A stretch of DNA of 57,066 nt from Bacteroidales bacterium. Lineage in GTDB: Bacteria > Bacteroidota > Bacteroidia > Bacteroidales > VadinHA17. The notes beneath the pieces were generated by a model. It worked only from the letters and a program-made list of their open reading frames with translations. It was not told where the DNA came from and made no database searches. Location: NCBI GenBank assembly GCA_035354395.1, contig DAOQAX010000001.1:1-57066 (forward strand), given 5' to 3'. This document shows positions 18,543-28,572 of the stretch, one piece after another; position 1 is the stretch's first letter; every line of letters starts with the position of its first letter. Both the position numbers and the translations under genes were made by a program.

Positions 18543-19721
18543 CTATTTCACATCAGAATTTCTTACATACTCTGATAAACCATAGAACATCCATGCCTGC
18601 GCCCACCGCATATATGATATCTTTGATGTGAAAAATTTATTTTTCTGAAAGTAAAAGTATCCCTTTTTTGACTGCATATTAGCAATAGTCCAGTATATGA
18701 CCTTTTGAATGACAACCTGGCATTCACTAAATTTATTTAGCCTTGAAGCCGTAATCACTAATTGTGCAGGTATATGAATATCAATAGGGTAAATACTGTT
18801 GTTATAGTATTTGGGGATACCATCTTCTGAAAAAAAGTTATTTATATAATACTCAAAACCTCTTTCAAGATTGGACTTAAAATCTGTCTCTCCTGAGTAT
18901 TTAATGTATTCGGCAATACACTCCAGATTGTAACCTGTATGAAAGTTGTCTATCCAGCTATGGAAATCATATTTACCATATGTCCATGAGCCATCGTTTT
19001 GTTGATTGTCACAGCAAAAAACCACCGATTTTTTTGCAGCACTGATTAATTCTTCTTCATGCGTAAAGCTATATACTCTTGAAAGCAGTCGGCTGCCTAA
19101 AAGCGAAGCATTATATACCACGCTTTTATCCAAAGGAGAATATGAAAAGGCGAAATTGCCTCTATCATCATATGTGCGGTTAAGGTCCTTCAATACAAAA
19201 TCACATGCACTACGGGCTATTTTCAGTAAGCTATCATCACCCAGGATTTCGTAGGCATCGAGCAACGCGCAACTGATAAAAGTTGTAGCCACAACGGTTG
19301 GTGTATTCTTCGGTTGGAAAAAAGCCCTGGCCTGCCAGTCGAAGTTATATCCCCAGCAATAACCGCTCCATTCCGAATTTGCAAGAGTCTTTATTTTGCT
19401 GATGAAAAAATTTATTTTGTCAAGATATTCCTGCTTTTGAGTTATCTGATAAAGATTACAGTATCCTGAGAGGAATAGTCCCAAGGCCTTTGGATTATAC
19501 TCTTTTTTTACTCCTGCAAGAGGCCTTAAATTAATGGGGGAACGTTTAAACAACTGAATGCATGCCAGCCTGGCCATGCGGTTTCCCCGAATAACAGGGA
19601 TTGCCTGAAAAAGCCGGCTATTCAATCCGTCATAAGGATCGTAGCCCTTATAACCTTCACTGGCACAATACGCCTCCAGCTTGTATAGTGAATTCCAAAC
19701 GCTATTTTCCATCCAGATCAA
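18543..19721 (-). CDS. Conserved hypothetical protein, possibly an alpha/alpha-toroid (glycoside hydrolase or epimerase-like) enzyme
   Basis: 392 aa, soluble, rich in aromatic residues and Asp (GYKGYDPYDGLNS, WGYNFDW, DGSWTYGKYDF, HTGYNLE). It overlaps the upstream gene by 20 nt, which suggests translational coupling. The fold assignment is only a guess. Confidence 0.35.
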   Translation of the reverse strand: MIWMENSVWNSLYKLEAYCASEGYKGYDPYDGLNSRLFQAIPVIRGNRMARLACIQLFKRSPINLRPLAGVKKEYNPKALGLFLSGYCNLYQITQKQEYLDKINFFISKIKTLANSEWSGYCWGYNFDWQARAFFQPKNTPTVVATTFISCALLDAYEILGDDSLLKIARSACDFVLKDLNRTYDDRGNFAFSYSPLDKSVVYNASLLGSRLLSRVYSFTHEEELISAAKKSVVFCCDNQQNDGSWTYGKYDFHSWIDNFHTGYNLECIAEYIKYSGETDFKSNLERGFEYYINNFFSEDGIPKYYNNSIYPIDIHIPAQLVITASRLNKFSECQVVIQKVIYWTIANMQSKKGYFYFQKNKFFTSKISYMRWAQAWMFYGLSEYVRNSDVK

Positions 19722-21858
19722 TTTTCTGACATAAACCAGTATGTAAACTATCCAGAATTTTAAAGGTAGTAAGTGTTGTCAGGCAAATTGATCTGAAGCT
19801 AATAGGACTCTCTTTGCCACTGTGTACTGCATCCAGGAATGCGTCCACCTCTTCGCTGTGTCCTTTGCCTGAAGACTTGACTTTTATTGATCTGCCATTC
19901 TTATAAATAACGCCCTCCTTAAAATCATTAATAACACCGACAATTCCGCCTCCGAAGACTTCAATTTTTTCTTTTGGCAAAGACTTGTCACCATTGGCAA
20001 CATAAATAATGTTACCGACTGAACCATCAGAGAATTTTATTACTATTGAAATATTATCCTCCGAAACAATCTTTGAATTTTCAGTATTTATTGAAGCTGC
20101 AAATACATCTACCGGTTCAGCATCAGTGAAAAACTGCAGCAGATCAATAAAGTGACAAACTTCTCCAACAATTCTTCCACCACCAATTTCAGGCTGCTGA
20201 ATCCAATGCTCTTTTGGAATCATCCCGGCATTAATCCTCATATTTATTACCAAAGGCTCATTGAGATTATTAAATTCCTTTTTCAATCTGACACTTACAG
20301 GAGCAAAACGCCTGTTAAAGCCAACCATCAATGGCTGATTGAATTCCTCTTTCGTAGTAAGTACTGAATTAAATTGTTCTTCAGTTATTGCCAGTGGCTT
20401 TTCTACAAACACCTTTTTCCCTGCTTTAAGAGATTCAATAACAAATTCAGAATGCGAATTATGCGGTGTGGCAATAAAGACAGTATTGATGTCCTCCTTC
20501 TTTAAAATATCATTGGCGTCAGTTGAACAGAAATTGAATCCGAACTTATCCAGCACATTTTTTGAAGTGATGCCCCGTGAAGTAACCACACCATCCAGGG
20601 ATGCTCCGAAAGGCTTAATCTTTGGAATGAGATAGCTTTGTGCAAAACTTCCTGCCCCAATAAATCCCACGTTAATATCTTTTATCGGGTTAGAATTTAC
20701 CTTGTTTAATGTGTTTCTTTTGTTCTCATTCTGACTATACTTCAGCAAAATGCCAATATATGGTTCCTGAATTTTCCCCAGGACAATGTCATAGGCTTTT
20801 TCTGCTTCCTGAATGTCAAACACATGGGTAATTAATGGTTTAACATCTATTGATTTGCTTGAGAGCAGCTGCAGGAAGGTCTCCATATTTCTTTGCTCAG
20901 TCCATCTCACATAAGAGAAAGGATAATCAATTCCTCCTTCTTCATATTTCACATCATAGCGTCCCGGGCCATATGAGCATGACATTTTCAACTCCAGCTC
21001 TTTTCTGTAAAAATGAGGATCTCTTGGGAAATCCATATTCACTGCTCCTACAACAATGATTTTGCCTTTCTTTTTTAATACTTCTGATGACAGAATTATA
21101 GGATCGTTTGTAGGAGCGGCAGCGGTTATAATAACAGAATCAAAACCATATCCATTGGTGAAATTTTCACATGCTGTTTTCAGATTGGGATCATTCCTGT
21201 TCATGCTTTTTTCAGCAGCCAGATTACCTGCAAGTTTTACAAGTTCCTGGTTTACATCTATTCCAAAAACAGCACAGCCACCCGCTTTTAAAAGCTGACA
21301 TGTTATTTGTCCAAGAAGGCCCAGCCCAATGACACAAATTTTCTCTCCCAGCCGGGGGTCTGCCTGGCGAATGCCCTGCAAAGCAATAGCTCCCAAAGTA
21401 GTAAATGCTGCTTCCTCTGAAGTGACATTATCCGGTATCTTTGCAACAAGATTTTGTGGTATGGCTACCATCTCAGAATGTGATGCATAATCCTGACCGG
21501 CACAGGCCACACGATCACCGGGTTTAAACTTTCCGTCGCTATCCAATGAAGCAACCACAATGCCGGAGGTGCTATATCCCAGCGCTTTTAATGAATCCAG
21601 CTTGGTTTTTACCTTACCTAATGTTGCTGACAACCCTTCTTTCTTTATATTCTGAATTACCTGGGCTACAAGATCAGGACGTTGTTTGGCTTTGCCCAGT
21701 AATCCGGCTTTAGCAACTTTTACTGTTCCACGTTCGGTGCCTGCACTTATTAACGAATATTCATTTTCAACCAATATCATACCATCAGAAATAGAAGGCA
21801 TTGGTATTTCGTCGACATATAATTCGCCGTTTTTAAAGTTTTGGATGAGCTGTTTCAT
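19702..21858 (-). CDS. Bi-domain oxidoreductase (N-terminal MDR/Zn-ADH-like + C-terminal Gfo/Idh/MocA)
   Basis: 718 aa. The N-terminal half has VIGLGLLGQ (Rossmann). The C-terminal half has VGFIGAGSFAQSYLIP and VFVEKPLA (EKP motif). Confidence 0.8.
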   Translation of the reverse strand: MKQLIQNFKNGELYVDEIPMPSISDGMILVENEYSLISAGTERGTVKVAKAGLLGKAKQRPDLVAQVIQNIKKEGLSATLGKVKTKLDSLKALGYSTSGIVVASLDSDGKFKPGDRVACAGQDYASHSEMVAIPQNLVAKIPDNVTSEEAAFTTLGAIALQGIRQADPRLGEKICVIGLGLLGQITCQLLKAGGCAVFGIDVNQELVKLAGNLAAEKSMNRNDPNLKTACENFTNGYGFDSVIITAAAPTNDPIILSSEVLKKKGKIIVVGAVNMDFPRDPHFYRKELELKMSCSYGPGRYDVKYEEGGIDYPFSYVRWTEQRNMETFLQLLSSKSIDVKPLITHVFDIQEAEKAYDIVLGKIQEPYIGILLKYSQNENKRNTLNKVNSNPIKDINVGFIGAGSFAQSYLIPKIKPFGASLDGVVTSRGITSKNVLDKFGFNFCSTDANDILKKEDINTVFIATPHNSHSEFVIESLKAGKKVFVEKPLAITEEQFNSVLTTKEEFNQPLMVGFNRRFAPVSVRLKKEFNNLNEPLVINMRINAGMIPKEHWIQQPEIGGGRIVGEVCHFIDLLQFFTDAEPVDVFAASINTENSKIVSEDNISIVIKFSDGSVGNIIYVANGDKSLPKEKIEVFGGGIVGVINDFKEGVIYKNGRSIKVKSSGKGHSEEVDAFLDAVHSGKESPISFRSICLTTLTTFKILDSLHTGLCQKIDLDGK

Positions 21859-21862
21859 TGCA

Positions 21863-23188
21863 TTATTTTATTAAAAGGGGGATTTTACCAATATTTGTTT
21901 TAAAGGGTTCATTAATATGTCTGAACATCACATCTAAATCCAGATTCGTGGTGTCAAAATAGTTCATGGGATTTTCAATTGAATCTGAGCTTGAATAATA
22001 GACAATAATTGCACCAGGTTCAATTTGCTGCACCTGGATAAAGTCTACCATATCAAAAAGTTTGTGATGTCTGCCAAAAATCAGTGCGGTAAGAGATATA
22101 CTCTTTTTATTGCGGTCAAGAACGGACTCTCCCAACCGTCCTTCTTTAATTTTAAAAGAGTTTAGCAGCCCGGAATCATCCATCTCCGGATCAATCAGAT
22201 CTTCAGTGTCATATCTTATAAAAGGAGATGCAAAGTTATCGAATGCTGTGCCGACAAGGTGATAACAGCCATCTTTTTCAACTGCCTCAGTATATCCGTA
22301 TGATAAAAAGGGAACATACTCAAATTTCCTGTATAATTCTCCTGCCAGAATCACGCCTTCAGTGTGACCATACCATGAAATGGTGTTTTTAGTCAATAAT
22401 TCCTCAATATAATTTCTGTAATGAGGTGTAGGATATTCCGATCCAAGCATTATCCCTTTTATATTACTCTTTAAGAAGTCCAGTAATGCAGGAGCCTGAA
22501 CCGAAATCTCTTTAAGGAAATTGTATATTGAACTGGGATAACCATGTATAAATTCAGTGTTGTACTTTTTAAAGAGCCTGAGTAAATCATCATATTCCTT
22601 TGTGGTGAAGGAATGGTATGAATTGATCAGGAATTCATTCTGGTTGAAATTATACAGATAAACGTTGTCAAGGTTTCGTCCACGAATTGTTATCTTGGTC
22701 CGGGAAGGTGTATAACCTATCTTTCTCCACATATAATGCATGTGAGCCCACTCCCTGGGATAATAATTCCTGGCTGCATAGAATGAGAGGGGGTTTCCGC
22801 TGGTACCACCTGTATTAAACTGTTTAAGTGCATAATCCTTAATCGTCCTGTCATCAATGGGTACAGCTTTAAGAGAAGATTTTGTCATTAATGGTATCCT
22901 ACAGATATCACTGATGCTGTTTATTTCAGTAACGGACACTCCATTTGCCTTTAGAAACTGACTGTAAAAAGGGCTGCAGGAGCTGAAATGCTTAAGGACC
23001 TTATTGAATCCCTCTAAAAGATAAGCCTGCCTTGTATCCTTATCTGAATTAATAAGCCGTTCTGTAAGCCCTGAATATCTTTTATAGTCACTTCCAAGAC
23101 GAAGGGTGAAAGGAATATAGTTAAGAGCAATCCCTATCTGTGGGGGAATCTTCTCTGATGCCAGCTTAACTTTATTCTTGAAACTCAT
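21863..23188 (-). CDS. CapK / phenylacetate-CoA-ligase-like adenylate-forming enzyme
   Basis: 441 aa with FNTGGTSGNPLSFY, an AMP-binding P-loop-like motif. Size and capsule-locus context match the CapK/PaaK/F390-synthetase family. Confidence 0.65.
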   Translation of the reverse strand: MSFKNKVKLASEKIPPQIGIALNYIPFTLRLGSDYKRYSGLTERLINSDKDTRQAYLLEGFNKVLKHFSSCSPFYSQFLKANGVSVTEINSISDICRIPLMTKSSLKAVPIDDRTIKDYALKQFNTGGTSGNPLSFYAARNYYPREWAHMHYMWRKIGYTPSRTKITIRGRNLDNVYLYNFNQNEFLINSYHSFTTKEYDDLLRLFKKYNTEFIHGYPSSIYNFLKEISVQAPALLDFLKSNIKGIMLGSEYPTPHYRNYIEELLTKNTISWYGHTEGVILAGELYRKFEYVPFLSYGYTEAVEKDGCYHLVGTAFDNFASPFIRYDTEDLIDPEMDDSGLLNSFKIKEGRLGESVLDRNKKSISLTALIFGRHHKLFDMVDFIQVQQIEPGAIIVYYSSSDSIENPMNYFDTTNLDLDVMFRHINEPFKTNIGKIPLLIK

Positions 23189-23217
23189 ACTCAGGCATTA
23201 AGAACGGCAATGAATTT

Positions 23218-25014
23218 TTAAATCTTTGAAAGATATCTGTAACTCAATTCCAGGCACAGAAATGCCCAAATTTTAGTTGAATAATTTACATTTTGATTAA
23301 CATGCAGGTCAAAGCATTTTTCAATAACTGAAATATCAATATACTCTTTCTGCACCGAGTTCTGGATTGATTCTGAAACCAGATCCCTCATCTCGTTAGA
23401 TATCCACTTATGTATTGGCAGGTCAAATCCAACTTTTCTCCTGTAAATCTGATCCTGGTCAAGATACTTTGATGCGAGTTTCTTCATAAGGTACTTTGGC
23501 ACACCATTTTTCATCAGCAGTTTAGCAGGGATGCCGGCAGAGTAATCCACCAGTTGATGAGCAAGGAAAGGAACACGGAGTTCAACCGAAGTGCCCATGG
23601 TTGACCTGTCTGATCTGGTAAGAAGATCATTGGGAAGACGATCCTTGATATCCAGATCCATGGCTTGTTTCACATCCGTGACTTTTAATGAATCATATCC
23701 ATCGCATCCGGGTAGCAGCTGAGACAGCAAATGAGGCTCAAAGATGGTGGCAGTACCGTAGAAATAAGGTGACTTAAGTGAATTTGTTACAAAATTCTGT
23801 GTCTTGGAGTTGTTCTTAAAGGCCTTGATAAATGTATCCGCAAACGGAAGATATTTACCTCCGGAATTATAAATTCTTTTTGACCAGTTGAAGTACTTAT
23901 ATGCATTATATCCACCGAAAAGTTCATCACTCCCCTCCCCTGCCAGTAATGCCCTGTAGTTTAAGCTACTGGCATAATCAGAAATCTTATATAATAATAA
24001 TGCTGATGGGTCTGCCACAATATCATCCTGAATTTTTATCCAGTCTTCAATGCTGTAGAGGAAATCGTTGGCATCAACCCGTATTTCATTGTACTGTATC
24101 CCATACCTTTCACATACTCTTCTGGCATATCCTGATTCATCAAACTGTTTATCATGGAATGCAACAGTAAACGCATTCAAATCCGATTTTTGCCTTGAAG
24201 TAAGTGCTGCTATTAAAGACGAGTCTACTCCGCCGCTCAGGAACAAACCTACCGGGACATCAGCAACAAGCCTGTTTTTAATTGAATCAATGAGTAATTG
24301 CTCGATTGAATCAATAACCTCGTTCTCATCCTTATAAATATCTTCAACAGGCTTACGCTCCCACCACTGCCCGGTTTTGATAATATGAGAACCCCGCATA
24401 TCAAACTCCAGATATGAAGCAGGCGGAATTTCAAAAATATCTTCGAAAATAGTATACGGAGCCTTAAATGCCCGGTTCAGATAATACTGCCATAGTTTAT
24501 CATGATTGAGCCTCTTCTGAGAAAAGATGACCAATGGAGTTAATGTGGATGCAAAGGCAAATACTTCATCATTATCAATATAATAAACCGGTTTTATTCC
24601 GATTCGGTCACGGCACAAAGTCAATAACTGTTTTCCTTTGCTATAGTAGCCAAAACCAAACATCGAGTTGGTTCTCGGAAGAAATCCCAGGTAATCACGA
24701 TGTAATCCCTTAAGAAGCACTTCAGTATCAGAATGCAGATTATATACTTCGTCGCTGTATTTGAGATCCTTATAATTATATATTTCCCCATTATAGGTGA
24801 TGGCGCCATTATCATCATGCATTGGTTGCTTTGCGTTCCCCAGGTCAATAATGGACAGCATGTTATGAAAAAAGAAGAGGTTGGGCTCAACTTCATACAT
24901 ATTGAATTCGTCCGGGCCTCTCTTATATTGATTTGTATTTACCAGATTCCTGAATTTTTCGAGCACAACAGGATTTACTTCTTTCTTAAAATGTAAACCG
25001 GCAATTCCACACAT
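23218..25014 (-). CDS. asnB: Asparagine synthase-family glutamine amidotransferase (AsnB-like)
   Basis: N-terminal MCGIAG (Ntn nucleophile Cys2) and PP-loop LSGGVDSSLIAAL; 598 aa. Confidence 0.85.
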   Translation of the reverse strand: MCGIAGLHFKKEVNPVVLEKFRNLVNTNQYKRGPDEFNMYEVEPNLFFFHNMLSIIDLGNAKQPMHDDNGAITYNGEIYNYKDLKYSDEVYNLHSDTEVLLKGLHRDYLGFLPRTNSMFGFGYYSKGKQLLTLCRDRIGIKPVYYIDNDEVFAFASTLTPLVIFSQKRLNHDKLWQYYLNRAFKAPYTIFEDIFEIPPASYLEFDMRGSHIIKTGQWWERKPVEDIYKDENEVIDSIEQLLIDSIKNRLVADVPVGLFLSGGVDSSLIAALTSRQKSDLNAFTVAFHDKQFDESGYARRVCERYGIQYNEIRVDANDFLYSIEDWIKIQDDIVADPSALLLYKISDYASSLNYRALLAGEGSDELFGGYNAYKYFNWSKRIYNSGGKYLPFADTFIKAFKNNSKTQNFVTNSLKSPYFYGTATIFEPHLLSQLLPGCDGYDSLKVTDVKQAMDLDIKDRLPNDLLTRSDRSTMGTSVELRVPFLAHQLVDYSAGIPAKLLMKNGVPKYLMKKLASKYLDQDQIYRRKVGFDLPIHKWISNEMRDLVSESIQNSVQKEYIDISVIEKCFDLHVNQNVNYSTKIWAFLCLELSYRYLSKI

Positions 25015-25179
25015 ATCTTCTTTTATTTTGTATTTAATACTCTTGCTTTAACAGATACTCCCTTAATATAACAATTATACTAATTAAATCTCTTTAATTA
25101 CTTATAAAAATCTCTGAGTTAGCAGTGATATTGAATTTAAACAATTGGCTTTGATCATCTGACTATGGTGTAAAAATGG

Positions 25180-26205
25180 TTATATCTCATACAAATTTTT
25201 ATAGAAAGAGATATAATTCTCGGTTAAAGGATAACTCAGAGACTCTTTGATCCTTTCTATGTTACCGAGAGTAGTATCAAGTTTTTCAAAAAAATCACGC
25301 TGGCTTCTGGTCTCAAAAAGAATTGTTCCTTCCGGTCTGGCAACAACATCTGAAGCGATAACCGGAACACCTAAATAGAGAGACTCCCTCACAGTCAATG
25401 CATCTCCGTCAATATTCGTTGGTCTTAATACAATATCGCTGAGTTCAATAACTTTTATAAATGACACATTCTCTGTGGTAATCAGTACTTCATCTTCAAC
25501 CTCTAATTCTTTTATGTGTTTGATAGTGTCAAAATAGTATGTATCAGAGTCAGTGACATAAGAAATGGTAAATACGAGTGCCACCTTTTTCTGCAACCTG
25601 TTTTTGAACTCCTTTATTGCCGAAACACACATGTCCAATCCATATAAATCGACATTGTTAATTATATCCAGATGCCACGCATTTGCTGAAATGATGAAGT
25701 ACCCTTTCTCCTTCTTGTCTCTTATCCAATTTTCCGCACTTACCGGCAGAACTTTGTCTTCTTTAGCGCTGGGAGGGATAAAGGCCTCTTTTACGTAAGG
25801 TTTCTTTTTCAGATGCAACATTGCAACAGCTTCTTTATTAACCAGGACTACCTTATCGCAGAGGTTAAGGAGAGATCTGAGAAAGAATAGATTCTGGTTT
25901 ACCGGCGTGTAATGCAATGTAATTACCACTTTTTTAAATAGCAGTTTTGATATGCAGATATGAAGTATTCTGAATACGTTAATAGCACTATGGATATGAA
26001 CTATGTCAGCCCATAAAATAAGTTTTATGTATGCAAAAAGGCGCAGACTGCGGACATTAAAATATTCCTCTTTTCTTACGGATGATTCGTCAATATATCT
26101 TACATCGGCAAAAGGAGAAATCATATCCCCCAAACGAAATATATGTATACTGACGCCGCCCTTTGGATCAGGTAATGGTCCTATAAAAAGTATTTTTCTT
26201 TTCAT
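25180..26205 (-). CDS. GT4-like glycosyltransferase
   Basis: The ATG at 26205 gives MKRKILFIGPLPDPKGGVSIH (the track start at 26277 is probably too long). C-terminal RESLYLGVPVIASD. Confidence 0.6.
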   Translation of the reverse strand: MKRKILFIGPLPDPKGGVSIHIFRLGDMISPFADVRYIDESSVRKEEYFNVRSLRLFAYIKLILWADIVHIHSAINVFRILHICISKLLFKKVVITLHYTPVNQNLFFLRSLLNLCDKVVLVNKEAVAMLHLKKKPYVKEAFIPPSAKEDKVLPVSAENWIRDKKEKGYFIISANAWHLDIINNVDLYGLDMCVSAIKEFKNRLQKKVALVFTISYVTDSDTYYFDTIKHIKELEVEDEVLITTENVSFIKVIELSDIVLRPTNIDGDALTVRESLYLGVPVIASDVVARPEGTILFETRSQRDFFEKLDTTLGNIERIKESLSYPLTENYISFYKNLYEI

Positions 26206-26427
26206 ATATGAGGTATAAATACTATCTGCTCTTTTCGCTTCGGGATTGAGCTTATTTAACATTCCTAAAAGAAACACGCAGCCAATAATTCAATTTAGAA
26301 AACCCGTGCTTTTTTTTAGCCATAATAATTTGTTTATAAAAAGGATATTAAAAAACCGGGCTGTAATCCGGATACTAAAAATCAGATTTCTTCACTCTAA
26401 ATTTAAAATTATGAGTATAATCTCATT

Positions 26428-27375
26428 TCATTGGTGATTGGTATATTCAACCTCCGAAAAGTTTGCTTTTAAAATGTCTGAAATTGATTTTCTGTTATTT
26501 ATCTCATTTCCGGGTTTTATTTTTCTAATCAAATCCCAATAAGAGCCGGTAATAAGTTTAGCGTTAATATAGGGCCTGCTGTCATAACAGGATAAACCGA
26601 TTCTGGGAATACTGTACAGATCAGACCCGCGATTAAAACGACCGGCTGAAGTAGAAAAGGCACATACGCACCCTGAATCTTTAAGTATGCTTATTTCTCT
26701 CTGCCCATAGTCAAAATCATAAAGCCCGTTTGGATATGCGAAATATTTTATATCATGGCCGAGAGAATCTGAAAGCAATTCAAATGATAATTTAATCTCA
26801 TTTTTTGAGACTTCTGAATCCTCATTGGCAAGTATAGGATGAAGTATTGTATGAGCGCCCACAGTCACAAGCCCCGAACTCTCCACTTCCTTTATTTCAT
26901 CTGCCGACATGTTCTTACAGGGCCTCCTGTCCAGATTATTCAATCTCTGATACCGATTGATTATCTCCCATATAAGTTCAATTTTAAGACATTTGAACAC
27001 ATCACATACAGGATATTGCAGGTCTGTTTTTTCGCCTATTCCAAGAACATCCGTTGCCACGCTTAAGAGACTTCGGGCTTCGCATCCTTCTATCTCCTGA
27101 AACCATAAGTTTTTCCTGTTTATAGCGGCATCAGGTGAAACAAACACTGTAGAGGGGACATTGTGTTTCTTTAAAACAGGATAAGCAAACTTATAAAATG
27201 AACTGGCGCCATCGTCAAATGTGAAATGACATACATTTCCAAGGCCGGTACCCTGTCTGTATAAGTTCATCAATTCATCCAGGCTTACAGGTTTATATTT
27301 GCTGGTGAGGTAAAGAACTGTACTGTCAAACCAATTTACATCCTGTAACTCGTGAAAATTAAATATCAGCGCCAT
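26428..27375 (-). CDS. Polysaccharide deacetylase (NodB homology domain)
   Basis: HFTFDDGASSFY (the TFDD motif) and AHTILHP His motif. The ATG at 27375 is preferred; the track ORF starts at a TTG at 27420. Confidence 0.7.
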   Translation of the reverse strand: MALIFNFHELQDVNWFDSTVLYLTSKYKPVSLDELMNLYRQGTGLGNVCHFTFDDGASSFYKFAYPVLKKHNVPSTVFVSPDAAINRKNLWFQEIEGCEARSLLSVATDVLGIGEKTDLQYPVCDVFKCLKIELIWEIINRYQRLNNLDRRPCKNMSADEIKEVESSGLVTVGAHTILHPILANEDSEVSKNEIKLSFELLSDSLGHDIKYFAYPNGLYDFDYGQREISILKDSGCVCAFSTSAGRFNRGSDLYSIPRIGLSCYDSRPYINAKLITGSYWDLIRKIKPGNEINNRKSISDILKANFSEVEYTNHQ

Positions 27376-27449
27376 TTTATACTTCCTTTTAAATAATACT
27401 AAATACTGGCCGAAAGACAATATTCTTTCTTTGCAGAATTCTCTGGCCG

Positions 27450-28460
27450 TTATTTATATAATGATAAGAAGTCAGAGTCTGAATCAGCATTTGTAACAAA
27501 AAATCTCAGGCTTCCTTCATACTCAAAATTTGTAGTTATAATTTCCGCCTTCCCCGTACGGCAAACAAATGGGAAAAAGTCTATTTTCTTATAATCAACC
27601 GATGTCCTGAATGTTACAAGAGGAAACCTGTTACTTCGTCCCAGTTTTGAAGCAGCTTTAAGGATTGCCTTGTACTGCTCGGGTTTTTGAATATTAAATC
27701 TGAAATCGACAACTGACAGTACCGGGAAGCCTCCTTCAATAGAAGAACGCACTACGAAATAGCATTCATCGGGCTTATTGGTTTCGTTGTTTTCAAGTTT
27801 GTATAATGTATAATCAGTCAGGTTATTAAAAAACCTCTTATCCAGAAAATGTTCATCCCTTACAAACTCTATATCCATGTCGGAGTTGCTCCAGTATCCG
27901 TTCTCGGGGATTTTCAGGCTTTTTACGCTATCGACTTTTTCAAATTTATGTTTGCCGGCAATCAGCGTCTGCGGAAGTTTCAGATTATCCTTTTTCTTGC
28001 AGCTCAGAATTTTTAGCTTTATCAGAGGTGCTTTAAAAGTCCAGAAATTGAATATCAAATAAAGCTTTGCCCAACCGGCACTTGGCGTTCCCAGCTCTTT
28101 CTGAATCCTTTTATTTATTTCAGATGCGCCAAAGCCAAACATCGGTTTAATCTCACCGGACTCCACCATCAGATAAAGGCTGGCCTCACCTCTGTAACGC
28201 TCCTCAACAATCAGATCATGGCCCCAAAAGACTTTCACTTCTTTGCCATAAATTCTTGCCTTGGTCACGAACATCAGAATACAGCCAATGATTTCACCGT
28301 CATCATTAATTACTAACAGGTTATTCTCAACATCTTTATTGTCCTCGGGGAAATCAAACAGGCGAAACTTCAGGTATTCCTCAGGCTTCTCAGGCCACAA
28401 TTTTTTTGAAAAAGCTAAAAGCTTTTCATAGTATTTTTCTTCAAAATGTACAACATCCAT
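27450..28460 (-). CDS. Two-lobed GNAT-fold protein (N-acyltransferase, possibly FemAB/Acetyltransf_6-like)
   Basis: 336 aa. The N-terminal lobe has a GNAT motif-A-like segment, DGEIIGCILMF...HDLIVEERYRGEASLYLM. The second ~170-aa lobe has no motif I recognise. The size matches FemX/FemAB-related proteins, but that link is unverified. Confidence 0.5.
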   Translation of the reverse strand: MDVVHFEEKYYEKLLAFSKKLWPEKPEEYLKFRLFDFPEDNKDVENNLLVINDDGEIIGCILMFVTKARIYGKEVKVFWGHDLIVEERYRGEASLYLMVESGEIKPMFGFGASEINKRIQKELGTPSAGWAKLYLIFNFWTFKAPLIKLKILSCKKKDNLKLPQTLIAGKHKFEKVDSVKSLKIPENGYWSNSDMDIEFVRDEHFLDKRFFNNLTDYTLYKLENNETNKPDECYFVVRSSIEGGFPVLSVVDFRFNIQKPEQYKAILKAASKLGRSNRFPLVTFRTSVDYKKIDFFPFVCRTGKAEIITTNFEYEGSLRFFVTNADSDSDFLSLYK

Positions 28461-28572
28461 ATCAGACCGAAGTTAATTAGATTTTTATTAATTGAATCCT
28501 GCTTAAGCAGGGACATTTTCGCTAAATAAGGCATCCGCTTAATGCAAAATTGAAAAAAAGATTATTTCAATC

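Noticed and set aside
8263-28062. Short ORFs overlapping the EPS genes on either strand, for example 8263-8445, 8514-8768, 12063-12476, 14200-14574, 20339-20635, 24068-24337, 26839-27066
   Set aside because: Each lies wholly inside a longer ORF with clear family motifs. No independent evidence supports them.
28498-28511. 14-nt palindrome CCTGCTTAAGCAGG between the PPTase and GNAT genes, considered as a terminator separating the NRPS and EPS halves
   Set aside because: At most it forms a 5-bp stem with a 4-nt loop and no downstream T-run on the minus strand, which is too weak to call a terminator. The same applies to the CCGG/CCGG hairpin with an A/T tract at 26351-26371.
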